Assembly (NCBI GenBank): GCA_038087875.1
Contig: CM075981.1
Span: 57,660,001-57,724,000, forward strand
Reading direction: 5' to 3'
DNA from: Malacoraja senta
Taxonomy: Eukaryota
Length of the DNA: 64,000 bases
Of the stretch, positions 58,515-64,000 are shown piece after piece. The stretch's first letter is position 1. Each line of letters opens with the position of its first letter. Both the position numbers and the translations under genes were made by a program. The notes under the pieces were generated by a model that was not told the origin of the DNA, did no database searches, and saw only the letters and a list, made by a program, of their open reading frames with translations.

Positions 58515-58960
58515 CCTCAAGGGGCTGGGCTCTGGCGGAAGTCCAACCAAAGATCAGAGAGCGGAGTCCAACGACGCGGTAGTGACGTAGGCGTGGGTGA
58601 CGTAAGCCAGGGAGCGGGCACCACGTTGTCCGGGCCCCGTCGGTCGGTCGCTGAGGTGAGTGTGTGAGGCCTCCTCAATAATGGAGCTTGGCTTGAGACA
58701 GGAACCTGTTGAAGGTGGAAAGAAACAAATGATTAAGGGGGTGGAGCAGGGTAGAGTTGCTGCCTTACAGCGTCAGAGACCCGGGTTTTCAATCCTGACT
58801 ACGGGTGCTGTCTGTACGGAGTTTGTACGTTCTCCCCATGACAGCGTGGGTTTTCTCCGGATGCTCCAGTTTCCTCCCACACTCCAAAGACGTACAGGTT
58901 TGTAGGTTTATTGGCCTCTGTAAAACTGCTCCCTAGTGTTCAAGACTATTGCTCCTAGTA

Positions 58961-59586
58961 GAATTGAATTGAATTGAATACATTTTATTAGTCAAGTATG
59001 TATACATACAAGGAATTTGCCTTGGTGCTTTGCTCGTAACAATACGATATACAGTAGACAATTAAAAATAAAACATTATAAACATTATAATATGAAGAAT
59101 GAAATAAAATACCAGAATGTGTGAGAAAGGGAATGGTGAGCAATGGTCAGCATGGACATGATGGGGTGAAGGGCTGTTTCAACCATGCTGTTTCTCTAAA
59201 CTAAACTGGTTATTGACTGCAACCTTTCCCCCCATCGATGAACTGTGTACTGCAAGGGCAAGGAAGCAAGCGGGTAAGATCATCTCTGATCCCTCTCTTC
59301 CTGACCACAAACTCTTTGAAGCACTTACCTCTGGAAGGTGACTCCGGACTGTCAAAGCTGCCACAGCCAGACATAAAAACAACTTTTTTCCATGAGCACT
59401 AGCTCTACTCAAAAGTCTGTAGTCTACTTTTGCTCTGGTATTTTACTTAATTCTTCACATGTTTAAATTATGATGTTTTATTCTTAATTGTTTACTGTAC
59501 ATCGTGTTGTTACTTGCGAGCAAAGCACAAAGGCAAATTCCTTGCATGTATACATACTTGGCTAATAAAATGTATTCAATTCAATT
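58961..59586. mobile_element. Two Rex1/Babar-like LINE 3' ends in inverted orientation with (TTCAA)n tails (further Rex1-like pieces at ~53235-53700 and ~59850-60820)
   Basis: 58961-59110 is the reverse complement of ~59430-59586; plus-strand HKLFEALTSGR..RHKNNFF motif. Confidence 0.7.
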
Positions 59587-61638
59587 ATCTACATGGTAGG
59601 GGAGGGGAGAGTGGAATTCTCAGAACCCACGATGAACAGCAGATGCTGGAATCCTGAGCAAAACACTTAAGTGCTGGAGGAACTCATCAATGGTAGATTC
59701 ATGGACATCCTTTGGTGGATGTTGAGTGTAAGGCCCATCTTCTGTCAAACAAGGCAGCATCATCGCCACAACACCTTTCCTCACCATAATGTAACTTCCA
59801 ACATCCTCCCCCAAGGAGTAGAGCAAATCTTCAAAATGAACATGGAATGGATAGTTAGTTTATTATCATCATGTGTACAGATGTACAGTGAAAAGCTTTT
59901 TGTTGTGTGCTATCCAGTCAGCAAAAAAAATATTATTACAGTCGAGCCATTCTCTGTTTACAGATACAGGGTAAAGGATATAAATTTAAGTGCAACATAA
60001 AGTCCAGTAAAGTCCGATTAAAGATAGTTCGAAGGTCTCCAAAGAGGAAGATGGGAGGTTAGGACCGCTCTCTAGATGGTGTGAAGACGGTTCACTTGCC
60101 CGACAACAGCGGGGGGGAAACTGTCTCTTAACCTGGAGGTATGTGTTTCCAAGCATCTGCCTGATGGGAAAGGAGAGAGAGGAGGGAGTGACTGGGTGAG
60201 ACTGGTCCTTGATCATGCTGGTGGCCTCCGCAGCATGAAGTGAAGATTGAGTCAATGGAAGGGAGGTTGGTTTGCATGATTATCTGGGTTACGTCCACAA
60301 GTCTCTCATTTCTTGTGGTCTTGGATGGAAATGTTCCCAAACAAGTTGGATTCATGAGAGGTGGTTTTGGGGGAGAGGATGCTCCTCAAACTGCGGAGCA
60401 TCCTGGACAATACTGCTCACCCCCTCCATGACACACTGGTCAACCTGAGGAGTAACTTCAGCAACAGACTGGTTCCACCAAGATGCAAGACAATGCCACA
60501 GGAGATCCTTCTTCCATGTGGTTATCAAACTGTACAACTCCTCCCCAATCTGTCGTGGGGTAGACAGACCGACTACCCTCCTGCCCCCCCCCTCCCCCAC
60601 CCCAATCTTTGCACATCCCGCCAAGCCTTTCCACGCGTCACTTTAATTTCTTGTATTTTGTGTTTTTATGACTGTTGGCAAATTAATTCCCCTCCTGGGA
60701 TGAATATCGTTTTATCGCATTGTTTAAAATGCTTTCTGTAAATGTGATTTGTTGGGGACATGCCGAACTTCCTAAGCCTGCTAAGGAAGTAGAGGCGTTG
60801 GTGTACTTTCTTCGCCATTGCTAAGCTGAGGTGACTACACTCCAGATATTTCCAATATACAACTGAGTGCACTCTTGCCCTAGAGTGTATGAAGCTGAGG
60901 GGTGTCTTGCAGAGGTATATAAAATCATGAGAGGGCATAGATAAGGTGATTGATCATAGTCTTTTTTTCTATGTTAGAGGAGTAATTAAACATGGCTTGC
61001 TGGAACTATTGCTGTGCCACCAAAATTTAGACCCTGTTTATAACAGTAATGTGTACATCTTGCCCATATGCAGCATTGTTAACAATATAAAATTTCACAA
61101 AACAAAATATTTGCATTTATAAATCAGGTGAACGTGAATAGTTACATCATGCCACTAATAACTCTATTTATTCCGGTTATTTATTGTATAGGTAATGCAG
61201 TTGACCAGGTCACCATTTGAATGTTGATTACAAACATGCACTTCATCATTAATCGAGGATTGGCAAAGGCAAGGCTGTAAATGTAGTTAAATGGACCTTA
61301 GCAAGTCCTTTGACACGATCCTGCATGGAAGGTAGTACAGAGGTTAGATCACGTGGTATCAAGGGTGAACTGGCCAACTAAATACAAAATTGGCTTGTGG
61401 TAGGAGATAGAGTGGTAGTGGAGGCTGGTTTCCAGATTGAAGGTCTGTAACCAGTGATGTGCCGCATGGATTAGTGCTCAGTCCCCCTTTAATTGTCATA
61501 TAAATTAATGGTTTGGATAAGAATTCATATATTTAGTAAATTTGTAGATTACACCAAAATTACTGATATAGGGGACTGAAGAAGATGGTATCTAAGGTAT
61601 AACAAAATGTAGATCAGCTAAGAAACTGGGCAAAGGAA

Positions 61639-62168
61639 GACACAAAATGCTGGAGTAACTCAGTGGGTCAGGCAGTGTCGCTGGAGAACATGGATAGGAT
61701 ATGCTTCAGCTAATCACCCTTCAGTCTGAAGGTGGGTCCTGACCTGAAACATCACCTATCCATGGTCTCCAGAGATGCTGCCTGATCAGCTGTGTTACTC
61801 TAGCACTTCCAGAACCAGGGAACACAGTTTATGAATAAGGTGTAAGCCATTTAGAACGGAGACGAGGAAACACTTTTTCTCACAGAGAGTGGTGAGTCTG
61901 TGGAATTCTCTTCCTCAGTGGGTGGTGTGGGCAGGTTCCCTGGATGCTTTCAAGAGAGAGCTAGATAGGGCTCTTAAAAATAGCGCAGTCAGGGGATATG
62001 GGGAGAAGGCAGGAACGGGGTACTGATTGGGGATGATCACATTGAATGGCGGTGCTGGCTCAAAAGGTCGAATGGCCTACTCCTGCACCTATTGTCTATT
62101 GTCTATTATCCATTGTCTATTTGCGTCTTACTTTGTAAACCAGAACCTGCAGTCTTGTTTCTACAAAG
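61639..62168. mobile_element. Inverted hammerhead-type pLTR pair with a nested CR1 3' end (~61810-62120), inserted into an old CR1
   Basis: TSD TGGGCAAAGGAA at 61627-61638 and 62169-62180; arms gacacaaaatgctggagtaactcag.. / ..gttactctagcact; degenerate core ctgaaggtgggtcctgacctgaaacatc at ~61726. Confidence 0.78.
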
Positions 62169-63469
62169 TGGGCAAAGGAATGCCAGGTGAAGTTTAATTC
62201 AGACAAGTGAGAAAAGATGCAGTTTGGGAAGTTAAACCAGGGCAGGACTTGCACTGAACAGCAGAGCCAAGGGGAGTTGAACCAAGGGACATTGGGATAC
62301 AAGTGCATAGTTCCCTGAAAGTGCTGATACAGGTACGCAGGGTAGAGAAGCTGGCAGATTGCTTGCCTTCATCAGGGCTTTGGATACAGGAGTTGAAATG
62401 GCATGTTACAAGACATTGGTGAGACTGCACGGAGTATTGTGGGCACTTACAGTCACCACACTGGGAAGGATATGCTTAAACTAAGGAAGTTGCAGAAAAG
62501 GTTCACAAAGGTGATTCCGGAATGGAGGGCTTGAGTTATAAGGAGAGACTAGATAGGCCGGGACTCCTCTCCCAGGAGCGATGGAGGCGGAGAGGCGACT
62601 GAGAGAAGATCTAAAATCACGAGGGATATCGATAGGCTAGATATACTTTTTTTTTAGGTAAGGGTGTCTAAAAATAGAGGGTATCGGTTCAAGGTGACAG
62701 TGGAAAGATTTAAAGGGGATCCTTAAGAGTTTTAGACTCTAGAGATACCGCGTGGAAACACCTTCGGCCCACTAAGTCCGTGCCAATCAGCGATCACCCT
62801 GTACACCATCCTGCAGACTAGGGACAGTTTACAATTTCACCAATGTCAAATTAGCTACAAACCTGTGTGGGAGGAAACCAGAGGACCTGGAGAAAACCCA
62901 CGCGGTCACAGGGAGAACATACAAACTCTTTACAGATAGCACCCGCAGTCAGGATGGAACCTGGGTCTCTGGCGCTCCAAGACAGCACCACTGCTGCTAT
63001 GCCACTGCTGCTCCCAAGTGGGATCTGAGAAGCGGGTATATCTACACAAATGGTGGTGATGGCGGCCATGAGAAGTGGTCGAGGCGGGTACAATTACAAT
63101 GTTGAGAAGACATTTGGACAGATACATGGATAGGAAAGACTTGGAGGGACACGAGCCAAATACAGGCAAACAAAACTAGCTAGGTTGACATGGATAGGTT
63201 GGGCTGTGGGACATGTTTCCAGGTTGCATGCATGTGCTGAGGCACAGAATGTTTTAAATGTATAACTTTATAAATTGGATATGCATTCTGTGAAGTAATG
63301 AAGTGATTTGATTCTGCCGCTGAGCTGGTGGAAATTGCTTGGTATCATTTTGATTCTTTATAGTGTCGCAATTTGAAATGCACCTCTTGGCTCGAATATT
63401 CCAAAATTTAATACAACATTCTCGAGTACATAATACTCATTAATATTTTTCTTTTGCTTGTAGCATAAG

Positions 63470-63610
63470 ATGGCGAATAACACTCAGACACTCGGGAAGT
63501 GCAAAAGGCCGGGTAATGAGAATTTAGAGGAATCGAAGCGGAAGCGAATCAAGGTAAAAAATGAGACCACCATAGAAAGTGGCAACCAACATAATCAAGG
63601 AATGCCTAAG
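63470..63610 (+). CDS. REXO5: Probable RNA exonuclease 5, first coding exon (47 codons); gene continues beyond the window
   Basis: Acceptor tgtag|cataagATGG, open frame MANNTQTLGKCKRPGNENLEESKRKRIKVK...MPK|gtatgc with an NLS-like basic cluster. The identity rests on head-to-head synteny with ERI2, not on a recognisable domain. Confidence 0.65.
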
Positions 63611-63687
63611 GTATGCAAAGTTGGTTACTTTTAAAATGAGTCATTCATTTTTTTTGTACTTTAACATTTACCTTAAATGAACCAAAG

Positions 63688-64000
63688 GATGCAGAGAAGA
63701 TTTACGAAGATGTTGCCAGGGCTCGATGGCCTGATTGAGCTATAGGGAGAGGATGAGCAGGTTGGGACTCTTTTCCTTGGAGCACAGGAGAATGAGGGGT
63801 AATCTTGTAGAAGTGTACAAACTTATGAGAGGAATAGATGGGTAAATGCACAGACTTTCTGGCCCAGAGTTGGGGAATCGAGAACTAGAGCACATAAGTT
63901 TAAATTGAGGGGGGAAATATTTAATAGAAACCTGAGGATTAACATTTTGACACAAAGGATGGTGGGTGTATGGAACGAGGTGCTGGAGGAGATAGTTGAG
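63688..64000 (+). mobile_element. CR1 3' fragment
   Basis: QRRFTKMLPG..LGLFSLEHRRMRGNLVEVYK..TRAHKFKL..TQRMVGVWN. Confidence 0.85.

Larger units (their letters stand above)
58200..58655. promoter_or_regulatory. Bidirectional CpG-island promoter for ERI2 (-) and REXO5 (+); probable non-coding REXO5 exon 1 ending at 58655
   Basis: High CpG density, GC boxes GGGGCGG, TGACG (CRE half-site) motifs, plus-strand donor GAG|GTGAGT at 58656, ERI2 ATG at 58083. Confidence 0.8.

Overview
Vertebrate genomic DNA. The repeat content (HE1/V-SINE-type SINEs, CR1 LINEs, a Deu-domain SINE, Penelope remnants) points to a cartilaginous fish, probably a skate or ray; this is an inference. The window holds four genes in the order and orientation known from human 16p12: THUMPD1 (- strand, first coding exon plus a probable 5' CpG island), a complete 13-coding-exon ACSM3 (+, 599 aa), a complete 9-exon ERI2 (-, 701 aa), and a first coding exon assigned to REXO5 by synteny (+), which shares a bidirectional CpG promoter with ERI2. 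Introns are rich in transposable elements: Tc1, hAT, Harbinger and Tigger-like MITEs, two solo LTRs, L2, Rex1-like and RTE-X-like LINEs, and a CR1 whose ORF2 has only one stop codon. The most notable signal is a dispersed family of Penelope-derived short elements built on a minimal hammerhead-ribozyme core (CTGAAGA-A-GGG..CCC-GAAACGTH). It occurs as 3' ends of GIY-YIG Penelope remnants, as ~93-bp monomers with target-site duplications (one inside the ERI2/REXO5 promoter), and as head-to-head foldback pairs, some flanked by TSDs. A ~2.33-kb, ~99%-identical tandem duplication upstream of ACSM3 carries a young L2 insertion in one copy only. Exon coordinates were checked by hand; most TE boundaries without a stated TSD are approximate.
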